Of a stretch of DNA of 64,000 nucleotides, positions 49,375 to 58,906 are shown piece by piece. The position numbers and the translations under genes are program-made. The DNA comes from an uncultured Candidatus Saccharibacteria bacterium (GTDB taxonomy: Bacteria > Patescibacteriota > Minisyncoccia > Phycocordibacterales > UBA918): the NCBI GenBank assembly GCA_964626635.1, contig CAZVFY010000002.1:72415-136414 (forward strand). Direction: 5' to 3'. The notes beneath the pieces are model-generated. The model had not been told where the DNA came from and searched no databases. It worked only from the letters and a program-made list of their open reading frames with translations. Position 1 is the first letter of the stretch; each line of letters starts with the position of its first letter.

Positions 49375-50640
49375 ATGCGACAATCTCAACTATTTACCAA
49401 AACGCAAAAGGAAGCCCCGAGTGACGAGACTGCGCGGAACGCGCAACTACTCATTCGCGCTGGCTATATTCACAAAGAAATGGCCGGTGTATATCAACTA
49501 TTGCCACTTGGTCTCATGGTAGTGCAAAATATCAAACAGATCGTCCGCGAAGAAATGACCGCACTCGGCACCAACGAACTACTGGCCACTAATCTACAAC
49601 CAAAAGAATTATGGGAGCGCACTGACCGCTGGAGTAGCGACCAGGTTGATGTATGGTTTAAATCTGACCTGCAGGCCGGTGGTGAGGTCGGGCTAGCCTG
49701 GAGCCACGAAGAGCCGCTTGGCAATATGATGAAGAATCACATTGCTTCATACAAAGACTTGCCGCTGGCGGTCTATCAATTCCAAAACAAATTACGCAAC
49801 GAGGTCCGCGCTAAAAGCGGCATGATGCGCGGGCGCGAATTTATTATGAAAGATGCGTACAGCTTTGCAGCGACCGAAGCACAGCACAACGATTTCTATG
49901 ACCGCTGCAAGGAGGCGTATATGAAATGTTTTGAGCGGATGGGCGTGGGTGATGACACGTACGTCACGTTTGCGGCTGGTGGTTCATTTACGGCTTTCTC
50001 GCACGAATTTCAGACTGTGTGTGAGGCTGGCGAAGATGTGACGTACATCGCTAAGGACAAAGGCGTCGCCATTAATGAAGAAGTGTTAGATACGGCCGAC
50101 CTAGATGAACTAGGCGTAACACGCGACGAGCTCGTGCCCACCAAAACCGCTGAGGTTGGTAATATCTTTAATTTCGGTCGCACCAAAGGGGAGGAAGTCG
50201 GGTTGTTTTTTAAAGACGAAACTGGTGAACGTGTACCAGTGTGGATGGGGTCCTACGGTATCGGCATCACTCGCATGATGGGTGTATTGGTCGAGAAATT
50301 TGCCGATGAGAAAGGCATCGTCTGGCCCGAGAGTGTTGCGCCATACCAGGTGCACTTAGTGGCGCTCAACACTGATGACGCAGAACTGCGTGACTGGGCC
50401 GAGGGAATCTACACGGCACTGCGCCGGCGCGGTGTGACAGTGTTGTTCGATGATCGGGATGCCAGGCCGGGTGAGAAATTTGCTGACAGCGATTTGCTCG
50501 GAATGCCCTACCGCGTTGTAGTCAGCCGCAAAGGCAAGGAAGCCGGCATATTCGAAGTTGTCACCCGCGCGACAGGCGACACTAGGCACCTGACCGAGCA
50601 AGAACTGTACGATGATTTTGCCCCAAACACAGCCGCGTAG
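49375..50640 (+). CDS. proS: Proline--tRNA ligase, short form without editing domain
   Basis: MRQSQLF, RGREFIMKDAYSF, EVGNIF, MGSYGIG. Confidence 0.95.
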   Translation: MRQSQLFTKTQKEAPSDETARNAQLLIRAGYIHKEMAGVYQLLPLGLMVVQNIKQIVREEMTALGTNELLATNLQPKELWERTDRWSSDQVDVWFKSDLQAGGEVGLAWSHEEPLGNMMKNHIASYKDLPLAVYQFQNKLRNEVRAKSGMMRGREFIMKDAYSFAATEAQHNDFYDRCKEAYMKCFERMGVGDDTYVTFAAGGSFTAFSHEFQTVCEAGEDVTYIAKDKGVAINEEVLDTADLDELGVTRDELVPTKTAEVGNIFNFGRTKGEEVGLFFKDETGERVPVWMGSYGIGITRMMGVLVEKFADEKGIVWPESVAPYQVHLVALNTDDAELRDWAEGIYTALRRRGVTVLFDDRDARPGEKFADSDLLGMPYRVVVSRKGKEAGIFEVVTRATGDTRHLTEQELYDDFAPNTAA

Positions 50641-50652
50641 TACAATGGCAGC

Positions 50653-51726
50653 ATGAAGCGTCGCTGGCCTATTCTAGACTCTGTATTTGGTACGCTTTCG
50701 ACTGATATCGCTGTCGACCTAGGGACTGCCAACACGTTGGTATATGTCAAAGGCAAAGGTATTATTCTAAACGAGCCAACGATTGTGGCACTCAATAAAA
50801 AAACCGGTCAAATTGTCGCCGTCGGCACCGAGGCCAAATCAATGCAAGGTCGAACGCCACAACACATTGAGGTAGTCCGACCACTGGTCGACGGCGTTAT
50901 TTCCGATTTTGAGGTCGCCGAGGAATTATTCACGTACCTCATCAACAAGGTCCGCAGTGACGTCCGGATGATCGTCCCGCCGCGCATGTTGGTCGGTGTC
51001 CCGTCTGGTATTACCAATGTCGAGATGCGGGCCGCCGAGGACGCGGCTCGCAACGCTGGTGCCCGCGAAGTGTTTTTGGTCGAAGAACCAGTGGCCGCGG
51101 CCATCGGCGCCAAACTGCCAGTTGGTAAAGCCATGGGCAGCATGATCGTCGACATTGGTGGGGGAACTAGCGATATCGCAGTGCTGTCACTCAATGGATT
51201 AGTCCACTCTAAAAACATCCGGGTGGCTGGAGATCACTTGACCGCTGCCATCGTGACGTATATCCGAGACCAATTCAAGGTCCAAATTGGCGAGAAAACA
51301 GCCGAAGACGCCAAGATCGCGCTGGCGGCTATTTCCGAATCGAAAGACGGCCGCGAGATGGTCGCCCGTGGCCGGGACGTGGTTGGTGGACTGCCGCGTG
51401 AAATAATAATCACTGATACCGACGTGCGAGACGCTGTAGCGCCGCTCGTCGAGAAGATCGTCTCGAATGTTCGCAGTGTGCTGGAATCAACACCACCAGA
51501 GGTAGTGGCAGATATTATGCAGCGCGGTATTTATCTCTCTGGTGGGGGAGCGTTGATTCCTGGTCTCAGTGACCTCCTTGAACACGCGCTTGAGGTGCCA
51601 GTGATTGTCGTGCCTGACCCACTACGGGCAGTCATCCGAGGAGCAGGTATAATTATCGAAGATTTGCCCAACTACCAAGAACTGCTGATTGATCATGAAA
51701 CCACACTTACAACGCAGCTCAACTAA
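50653..51726 (+). CDS. mreB: Rod shape-determining protein MreB, paralog 2
   Basis: DLGTANT, VDIGGGT, SGGGA; followed by mreC. Confidence 0.95.
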   Translation: MKRRWPILDSVFGTLSTDIAVDLGTANTLVYVKGKGIILNEPTIVALNKKTGQIVAVGTEAKSMQGRTPQHIEVVRPLVDGVISDFEVAEELFTYLINKVRSDVRMIVPPRMLVGVPSGITNVEMRAAEDAARNAGAREVFLVEEPVAAAIGAKLPVGKAMGSMIVDIGGGTSDIAVLSLNGLVHSKNIRVAGDHLTAAIVTYIRDQFKVQIGEKTAEDAKIALAAISESKDGREMVARGRDVVGGLPREIIITDTDVRDAVAPLVEKIVSNVRSVLESTPPEVVADIMQRGIYLSGGGALIPGLSDLLEHALEVPVIVVPDPLRAVIRGAGIIIEDLPNYQELLIDHETTLTTQLN

Positions 51727-52645
51727 AAAGAAGCGCCAAGTGGTAAAAGTTACCCTGCTCGTCGTGGTGGGTGGGCTGCTGCTGTCAACCGTATTGCCGG
51801 GCGTATTTAATGCAATCGGTAGCGTGGTCGTGTATCCGGTGGCTCGAGTCGCCGAATGGGTGTCGACTACTGACCAGACCATCCCGGTCTTATGGCGGGA
51901 CAAGCTCGCCATGCAAGAAGAAATCAATGAACTGCAACAGCAAATCGAAACTGGCCGCACGGCAGTGACAGTTGCCCGTTTAGAGGAAGAGAACGACCGT
52001 CTGCGCGCCATGCTACAGGCGACCAGCAGCCCGCTACTGGCCGCCGGAGTCGTCGCTGGTCCAGATCAGCTACCGTATGACTTACTGCAAATTGATCAGG
52101 GCACCCAAGACGGGGTGGTGCTGTATGCACCGGTATACAGCAATGCCGATACGCTGATCGGTATGGTGAGTGCGGTGTACCGACAGTACGCTATTGTCAC
52201 ACTGTTTAGCGCCCCGAGGATCGAGAGTCGCGGGTATTTAGCGGGGCCTGATCTGCTATTGGCGTACAGTGGGATCGGTGGCGGGGTTATGCGCGTATCA
52301 GTGCCACAAGGAGTGGTGGTGCGCAAAGGTGATGTGTTGTACGCGCCAATCATTGATCCGGGTGTACTGGGGCAGGTGGTATCGATCGAGACCAGCCCGA
52401 CTGATGCTGAGCAGTTTGCGTACGTAATAGCGCCACACAATATTCGCTCGTTGCGGTACGTGACTGTCGGCGATAACCCGCTACCACCGAGCGTGGTCGA
52501 GTCAGAGGTGGTTGACAATATTGATAGGATTAATCAGCGATTACAAGTGCCCCTATTGCAACTAGCGACCGCGACGTCAACTGCCACGACCTCTGACAGC
52601 GGCACGGCGACCACTACGAACGCCACCAGCAGTGAATCTATATGA
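51695..52645 (+). CDS. mreC: Rod shape-determining protein MreC
   Basis: TM, coiled coil EEENDRLRAML, IDQG..DGV; synteny. Confidence 0.85.
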   Translation: MKPHLQRSSTKKKRQVVKVTLLVVVGGLLLSTVLPGVFNAIGSVVVYPVARVAEWVSTTDQTIPVLWRDKLAMQEEINELQQQIETGRTAVTVARLEEENDRLRAMLQATSSPLLAAGVVAGPDQLPYDLLQIDQGTQDGVVLYAPVYSNADTLIGMVSAVYRQYAIVTLFSAPRIESRGYLAGPDLLLAYSGIGGGVMRVSVPQGVVVRKGDVLYAPIIDPGVLGQVVSIETSPTDAEQFAYVIAPHNIRSLRYVTVGDNPLPPSVVESEVVDNIDRINQRLQVPLLQLATATSTATTSDSGTATTTNATSSESI

Positions 52646-52914
52646 CCCGAACGTTTCTGTTATTATTTCTATTTTTAGTCAGTATTCTCGAGGGATGGCT
52701 ATTATTGTCGGTGCTAGCCGCGACTTGGTATGGCTACTGGTATCCGGCGTGGGGGTTGTTTGTTGTAACGATACTAGTGGACGGGTACGTGGGACAGTTT
52801 GGGCATGGACAATGGCCAATACTCAGTATGGCGGTGGGTGGATTTGTGATTTTGTTAGAAATCCTTAAAATGTACTTACGTGGTACGGCAGCTGCGCCAA
52901 AAGCAACTGCTTAA
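52642..52914 (+). CDS. Small membrane protein in the mreD position
   Basis: 90-aa hydrophobic ORF between mreC and PBP2. Confidence 0.55.
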   Translation: MTRTFLLLFLFLVSILEGWLLLSVLAATWYGYWYPAWGLFVVTILVDGYVGQFGHGQWPILSMAVGGFVILLEILKMYLRGTAAAPKATA

Positions 52915-52920
52915 TAACAA

Positions 52921-54669
52921 ATGAAACATAATCGACCCAATCACCAAGTGTCCATTGATGAGGTATTGTTAGATGCTACGAACGTCAATGATTTAGACCA
53001 TGAACGGTTTGAGGGCAAGCGTGAGACCAAAATACCTAAACGCAACGTCCGACTGGTTTGGGTCGTCTTCTTATGTGTTGGCGCAGGGTTTTTATATCAG
53101 TTAATTGAGCTCCAAATTGTATCCGGCGCTGAGTTTCGCACGATCGCCGAGAACAACCAGGTCGACGAAGCAGTTATCATCGCTGAGCGCGGTGTGGTGG
53201 TTGATCGTAATGGAGAACCGATGATCTGGAACGAACGAGATGAGACAGGTGAGTATGATTTTCCAATCAGGGCGTACACTGATCGGGCTGGGTTGGGGCA
53301 GGTGCTGGGGTATGTCAGTTACCCCAAGCGTGATAGTAGTGGAGTGTTTTTCCGAACTGAATACGTTGGGCGTAACGGAGTCGAGGCGGCCTACGAAGAC
53401 GTACTGCGTGGCACAAATGGTACCAAACTGATTGAGGTTGACGCCAAGCAGGCAGTCGTCAGCGAGCACGCGATCGCCGCCCCAACGCCAGGCGGGCAAC
53501 TGCAGTTATCGATCGACGCCGAGCTGTCTGAAGCGATGTACGATATCATCGCGACCAGCAGTGCGGCGGCGGGGTTTCGTAGTGGTGCTGGCGCTATAAT
53601 GAATGTGCACACTGGCGAGCTGATCGCGCTGACGAGCTTTCCGTCGTATGACCCTGAAGTGATGGCTGATGGTGATGATGTGGCTCTCATTAATGAATAC
53701 AACAACGATGAGCGACTACCGTTCCTTAATAAAGTCATCGGTGGCGCGTACACCCCGGGATCGATTGTCAAACCATTCGTCGCGTACGCCGCCCTCAGAG
53801 AGCGAGTGCTGTCGGAAGACACACAGATGTACAGCAATGGGACACTGGTCATCCCGAACCGGTATAACCCATCAAACCCATCGTATTTCAATGACTGGCG
53901 CTCGCACGGACAAATGACTGTCCGCGAAGCGATCGCGTATTCATCTAACATCTACTTTTATGTCGCTGGCGGTGGTTTGCCGGACTATGCCGCCCCCCAG
54001 GCCGGCTTACAGTCCGGCATCCCCGGCCTCGGCATCACCAAAATGGCCGAACACTACCGCGCTTTTGGCCTTGGTACTACTACTGGTATCAACCTTGCCC
54101 AGGAACAAGCTGGGGTGGTGCCAGATCCAGCTTGGAAACGAGCGACGTTCGATGATGATTGGCGCCTCGGTGACACGTATTTTACTGCCATTGGCCAGTT
54201 TGGGTTCCTGACCACGCCGATCCAGATGTTACGCGCCTACAGCGCACTTGCAAGTGGTGGCACGCTGGTGCGGCCCCACGTCAATATTGGTCAGATCCTC
54301 GAAACCGAGACGGTTGAGTTAGATCCAGCCATCGTGCAAATCGTCCATGAGGGTATGCGCAAAACCGTCAATTTCCCAGGCGGCACGGCGCGCGCGCTCG
54401 AGCGAGATGACGTAGCGATCGCAGCTAAATCGGGTACGGCCGAGATCGGCGCTGGCAACGCCTACGTCAATTCATGGGCAGCGGGCTTCTGGCCATACGA
54501 GGAGCCGCAGTATGCATTTATTTTGATGATGGATCGCGCCCCACGCAGCAATAGTCTCGGCGCTACGCGGATTATGGGTGACGTGGTGGAATGGATGAGC
54601 GAGTACCGGCCCGAGTATCTCAGTATTAACGCTGCCACTACCACGGAAACTATAGCCACAATCGAGTAA
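52921..54669 (+). CDS. mrdA: Penicillin-binding protein 2
   Basis: PGSIVK (SxxK), SSN, KSGTAE. Confidence 0.92.
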   Translation: MKHNRPNHQVSIDEVLLDATNVNDLDHERFEGKRETKIPKRNVRLVWVVFLCVGAGFLYQLIELQIVSGAEFRTIAENNQVDEAVIIAERGVVVDRNGEPMIWNERDETGEYDFPIRAYTDRAGLGQVLGYVSYPKRDSSGVFFRTEYVGRNGVEAAYEDVLRGTNGTKLIEVDAKQAVVSEHAIAAPTPGGQLQLSIDAELSEAMYDIIATSSAAAGFRSGAGAIMNVHTGELIALTSFPSYDPEVMADGDDVALINEYNNDERLPFLNKVIGGAYTPGSIVKPFVAYAALRERVLSEDTQMYSNGTLVIPNRYNPSNPSYFNDWRSHGQMTVREAIAYSSNIYFYVAGGGLPDYAAPQAGLQSGIPGLGITKMAEHYRAFGLGTTTGINLAQEQAGVVPDPAWKRATFDDDWRLGDTYFTAIGQFGFLTTPIQMLRAYSALASGGTLVRPHVNIGQILETETVELDPAIVQIVHEGMRKTVNFPGGTARALERDDVAIAAKSGTAEIGAGNAYVNSWAAGFWPYEEPQYAFILMMDRAPRSNSLGATRIMGDVVEWMSEYRPEYLSINAATTTETIATIE

Positions 54670-54726
54670 TCCACATTTGACCCTTGCGCGGATGTGTATA
54701 TAATTACGAAAAATAACTTTCGCAGT

Positions 54727-55197
54727 ATGTCAGACCAACAATCGTTCCTTACCCAAGCAAAATTCGATGAACTAAAAAAAGAACTCGAACACCTCAAAAC
54801 CGTCCGCCGCAAAGAAGTAGCCGAGTCGCTCGAATACGCCCGCAGCCTCGGTGACCTGTCGGAGAACGCCGAATACCAAGAGGCGCGTGACATGCAGGCA
54901 GCGATCGAGGAACGCATCACATACCTCGAGAAAACAATCAAGGAATCAACGATTGTTTCTGACAAGAAAAAAGGTGATGTCATTGGGCTTGGATCGGTTG
55001 TCACAATCCAGAAAGACAAAGATAAGGACAAGCGAGAATACACCATCGTAGGATCAGACGAAGCTAATATTCACGAACGTAAACTATCCTACCTATCGCC
55101 ACTCGGTGAGGCACTGATGGGCAAGACCAAGGGTGACGCATTTGATTTTGATACGCCAGTCGGCAAACAGAAGTATAAGGTTCTGACAGTCGGATAG
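54727..55197 (+). CDS. greA: Transcription elongation factor GreA
   Basis: GDLSENAEY, SPLG.AL.GK. Confidence 0.96.
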   Translation: MSDQQSFLTQAKFDELKKELEHLKTVRRKEVAESLEYARSLGDLSENAEYQEARDMQAAIEERITYLEKTIKESTIVSDKKKGDVIGLGSVVTIQKDKDKDKREYTIVGSDEANIHERKLSYLSPLGEALMGKTKGDAFDFDTPVGKQKYKVLTVG

Positions 55198-55199
55198 TC

Positions 55200-56666
55200 A
55201 TGTCTGACGACCAGTCACAACCAGAATCTAGCGACGTCCACGCGGAGCGTACGCGTATCCTTGCTCAAGCAGTCGCAGCTGGACATGATCCGTACCCAGC
55301 TAGTACCGACCAAACGCACACCATCGCAGCATTTCTCGAACAGTTCGAGTCGCTCGGTGAATCGATTAGTGTAACCTTGGTCGGACGGGTAATGGCAACG
55401 CGCGAGCATGGCGCGATCGCCTTCTTTGACATATTTGATGGCACGGGTCGCACCCAGGCATTCCTCAGTGTTGAGGCGATGGGACAAGAAGCGTTTGACG
55501 CCTGCCTGTCGTACGTCAGTACAGCCGACTTTATCCAAGTTACTGGCACGCCGTTTTTGAACAAGCGTGGTAAACAAGTCGTACTTGTGACTGACTGGCG
55601 TCTCTTGACCAAAGCGACTGCCAATATGCCAACCGAACATTTCGGTATTAAAGACGAGGACGAACGATTGCGTAAGCGCTACCTAGATCTGCTCCTAAGT
55701 GATGAGCAGCGCGAGCTGTTCGTTCAGAAAGCCAAGTTCTGGGACGTCACGAGGACCTTTATGAAAGAACGTGGCTTCCTAGAGGTCGAGACGCCATATT
55801 TTGAAACCACTACCGGTGGGGCAGAGGCCAGGCCATTTATTACGCACCACAATGATTTTGGCATTGATGGGTACTTGCGGATCTCGGTCGGTGAGCTGTG
55901 GCAAAAACGCCTCATGGCCGCTGGGTTCCCCAAAACATTCGAGATCGGCAAAGTGTTCCGCAACGAAGGCACTAGTTCCGAACACCTCCAAGAGTTCACC
56001 AACATGGAATTTTACTGGGCGTACGCAGACTACCGTGATGGCATGACGCTGACACGCGATTTGTACATCACGATTGCTCAGGAAGTGTTCGGCACGACCC
56101 AGTTCGAAGTGCGTGGACACTCGTTTGATTTGGCGGATGAGTGGCGCGAGATTCACTATGTCAGCGAGGTGCTTGCGCAAACTGGTATTGATGTCACCAG
56201 CGCCAGCGAGGATGAGATGAAAACAAAATTGAACGAGCTCGGTGTGCAGTACGACGGTGATAATCGCGAGCGTTTGACGGACACACTGTGGAAATACTGC
56301 CGCAAGCATATTGCGGGGCCGGCGTTCCTCGTCAATCACCCGCTACTGGTCGCGCCACTCGCCAAAGCCAATGCTGATGGCCTGACCGCACAAATGTTTC
56401 AGCCGATCATCGCTGGTAGCGAAGTCGGTCGTGGCTACAGCGAGCTGAACGACCCTGATGAGCAACGGCGACGGTTTGAAGTGCAGCAACAGCTACTCGA
56501 TGCGGGGGACGACGAAGCGATGATGCCGGACTGGGAGTTCGTCGAGATGCTCGAACACGGCATGCCACCCACGTGCGGGTTTGGATTTGGCGAGCGATTG
56601 TTTGCATTTTTAGCAGGGAAGTCACTGCGCGAGACGCAGCTGTTTCCACTGGTGAAGCCAAAGTAG
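55200..56666 (+). CDS. lysS: Lysine--tRNA ligase (class II)
   Basis: GGAEARPF, FRNEG, YSELND, GMPPT.GFG. Confidence 0.96.
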   Translation: MSDDQSQPESSDVHAERTRILAQAVAAGHDPYPASTDQTHTIAAFLEQFESLGESISVTLVGRVMATREHGAIAFFDIFDGTGRTQAFLSVEAMGQEAFDACLSYVSTADFIQVTGTPFLNKRGKQVVLVTDWRLLTKATANMPTEHFGIKDEDERLRKRYLDLLLSDEQRELFVQKAKFWDVTRTFMKERGFLEVETPYFETTTGGAEARPFITHHNDFGIDGYLRISVGELWQKRLMAAGFPKTFEIGKVFRNEGTSSEHLQEFTNMEFYWAYADYRDGMTLTRDLYITIAQEVFGTTQFEVRGHSFDLADEWREIHYVSEVLAQTGIDVTSASEDEMKTKLNELGVQYDGDNRERLTDTLWKYCRKHIAGPAFLVNHPLLVAPLAKANADGLTAQMFQPIIAGSEVGRGYSELNDPDEQRRRFEVQQQLLDAGDDEAMMPDWEFVEMLEHGMPPTCGFGFGERLFAFLAGKSLRETQLFPLVKPK

Positions 56667-56732
56667 TTGACAAACAATTTAATTCGTGTATAGTATAGAC
56701 ATAAGTTCCTCTAGCGCCATAAGGAGATAACC

Positions 56733-56897
56733 ATGGCCAAGCTCCACAAGACCCCGCCGTCCAGCAACAACCGCGCGGCGCGCAAGCGTCGCGAGCGCGA
56801 GGTCAACGCCCGCCGCTACGGCTGCGACATCGACATCCGTCGCGGCGCCCCCGTCGCCGGAACCAGCATCAAGAACTCCAAGGCTCGCGATGGCTAA
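56733..56897 (+). CDS. 54-aa basic small protein, absent from the ORF track
   Basis: MAKLHKTPPSSNNRAARKRREREVNARRYGCDIDIRRGAPVAGTSIKNSKARDG; TTGACA 56667-56672, TATAGT 56689-56694, AAGGAG 56721-56726, mostly G/C third positions. Confidence 0.7.
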   Translation: MAKLHKTPPSSNNRAARKRREREVNARRYGCDIDIRRGAPVAGTSIKNSKARDG

Positions 56898-56915
56898 GTC
56901 CTTAAGTTCATCCAC

Positions 56916-56946
56916 CCGCCCCACATCCGACGATGGGGCGGTTTTT
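56916..56946 (+). terminator. Intrinsic terminator
   Basis: CCGCCCCA...TGGGGCGG-TTTTT. Confidence 0.75.
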
Positions 56947-56970
56947 CGTTTGTCCCCACACAAATGCAGC

Positions 56971-57020
56971 AAAGTGGGGCAAAGTGGTATATAGTGTAAA
57001 AGTGGTGGGAGATAGTGGTA
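56971..57020 (+). promoter_or_regulatory. MraZ-box direct repeats at the dcw promoter
   Basis: AAAGTGGGGC AAAGTGGTAT ATAGTGTAAA AGTGGTGGGA GATAGTGGTA: roughly 10-nt periodic AGTG(G) repeats upstream of mraZ. Confidence 0.75.
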
Positions 57021-57208
57021 TAGATTCTGGTGTTTGTGTCTAGAATCTATATTGAAATCTCGCACGGATGGATTCTGGTAGCCTCGGCTACACAGGCTGT
57101 CTTGCGATATTTCGGGACGATCAGAGGGGTCTTCCGGCGACAATGCAAACCAATCTCCACGAATTGTATTGTCGGCGGAAGGCCGCTTGATCCACCAGTT
57201 TAGTTATT

Positions 57209-57643
57209 ATGTTGATCGGCGAGCACAAGCATACGTTGGATCCCAAGAAACGGCTGTCTTTGCCCAGCAAATGGCGCAAAGAACTTGGGAAAACGCTCGT
57301 CGTGACACGAGGGCTAGACAACTGTCTCTTTGTGTACACGCTACCCGAATGGCAAAAGATCACCGACAAGGTATCTGAACTGCCGCTTGGGTCAGCGGAT
57401 ACACGAAGTTTCAATCGCTTCTTTTTATCAGGCGCGGTTGAAGTTGAAGTCGATAGTGCCGGACGCATTCTCGTACCAGATTTCCTGAAGCAATTTGCAC
57501 AGCTCGATACCAAAGTTGTATTGGCGGGCGTGCATTCTCGCATCGAAATTTGGGACGAGGAAAAGTGGGAAGCCTACACTGCCAGCATGGAACGCGATGC
57601 GGATACGCTCGCCGAAAAGCTCAGTGAGATTGGCGTCTTATAA
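57209..57643 (+). CDS. mraZ: Transcriptional regulator MraZ
   Basis: LDPKKRLSLP, VTRGLD.CL, DSAGRILVP, IEIW. Confidence 0.96.
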   Translation: MLIGEHKHTLDPKKRLSLPSKWRKELGKTLVVTRGLDNCLFVYTLPEWQKITDKVSELPLGSADTRSFNRFFLSGAVEVEVDSAGRILVPDFLKQFAQLDTKVVLAGVHSRIEIWDEEKWEAYTASMERDADTLAEKLSEIGVL

Positions 57644-57678
57644 GCCATCAATTAATTCCGAACAACCAGTCGCGAGTC

Positions 57679-58572
57679 ATGTCACACCAAACTGTTCTAC
57701 TCCACGAAGCTGTCGCTGCACTGCGCATCAAGTCAGGCGACACCGTAGTAGACGCAACGTTTGGGGCTGGCGGGCACGCCACACTCATGAGTGAGCAGGT
57801 TGGTCCAGACGGTAGGTTGATCGGATTAGACGTCGATGCGACCGCCCTGCGTCAGCACCCGCTCGACCATTATTCCAATACCACACTGGTGAACAGCAAC
57901 TTTGCCGATCTGACAGACACCCTTCGTTCTTTAGAGATAGAAAACGTGGCCGGTATCCTGGCTGATCTGGGGTGGCGGACTGAACAGTTCCTCACGCCTC
58001 CTGGCCAGACAGGCAAGGGCTTCTCGTTCCGCGAGGATGAGCCGCTACTGATGACGCTTGGTGATCCGGCTGCATACTCGTTTACCGCAGCGGATATTGT
58101 CAACGACTGGGACGAAGAAGTGCTGGCGAACATTATCTACGGCTATGGCGAAGAGCGCCAAGCCAGACGGATCGCGGCACACATCATCGACGCCCGCGCC
58201 AAAACGCCGATCAGTAGCAGCTTGCAGCTGGCTGAAATCGTAGCTGGCGCCATCCCAAAACGGTTTCATAACCCACGGGTGCATCCAGCCACCAAAACCT
58301 TCCAGGCGATCCGGATTGCGGTCAATGACGAGTTAGGAGTACTAGAGCGCTTCTTACTCGCTGCCAGTCAAGTACTGGATCACGATGGCCGGTTGGCCAT
58401 CATCACGTTCCATTCGTTAGAAGATCGGCTGGTCAAGCATACGTTCCGCGCGTGGGCGGATCGAGAGATCGGTACTGTCATCACCAAAAAGCCGATCACA
58501 CCCACCAAAGAAGAGATCGCTGCCAACCCTCGGGCCCGCAGCGCCAAACTCAGAATATTTGCCCATTACTAA
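57679..58572 (+). CDS. rsmH: 16S rRNA m4C1402 methyltransferase
   Basis: H.TVLL.E, DATFGAGGH, FQAIRIAVN, FHSLEDR, NPRARSAKLR. Confidence 0.96.
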   Translation: MSHQTVLLHEAVAALRIKSGDTVVDATFGAGGHATLMSEQVGPDGRLIGLDVDATALRQHPLDHYSNTTLVNSNFADLTDTLRSLEIENVAGILADLGWRTEQFLTPPGQTGKGFSFREDEPLLMTLGDPAAYSFTAADIVNDWDEEVLANIIYGYGEERQARRIAAHIIDARAKTPISSSLQLAEIVAGAIPKRFHNPRVHPATKTFQAIRIAVNDELGVLERFLLAASQVLDHDGRLAIITFHSLEDRLVKHTFRAWADREIGTVITKKPITPTKEEIAANPRARSAKLRIFAHY

Positions 58573-58583
58573 TAGTCGCGCCT

Positions 58584-58898
58584 ATGCCTCCACATATTGC
58601 CTCCACCATTTTACATACAAAAACCGCAGCCGTAGTCCTGGGTTTTCTGGTGATCGTTTCATCTGTTTTGTACGTGTATTTTCTTAATAGTGCAGTCGTA
58701 CTGGCGGTCATGGAAAAGCAGCATCGCTACGACATCCAAGATACCAAAACCAAGATTGCCGAACTGGAAACGAGGTATATCACGGCCCAACACTCGGTCA
58801 CCAAGCGCATGGCCGAAGTGTCTGTCCTCGTCGTATCCGACCAGAAAACCTTCGTCAAGCGTGACGGCGGCGATAGTCTTGTGTTACAACAGAGGTAA
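58584..58898 (+). CDS. FtsL-like cell division protein
   Basis: TM plus coiled coil between rsmH and ftsI. Confidence 0.6.
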   Translation: MPPHIASTILHTKTAAVVLGFLVIVSSVLYVYFLNSAVVLAVMEKQHRYDIQDTKTKIAELETRYITAQHSVTKRMAEVSVLVVSDQKTFVKRDGGDSLVLQQR

Positions 58899-58906
58899 TC
58901 TGAATT

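Noticed and set aside
56971-57020. Short direct repeats that could suggest a CRISPR array or iterons
   Set aside because: Period is about 10 nt with no spacers. Position and GTGG core fit MraZ operator repeats.
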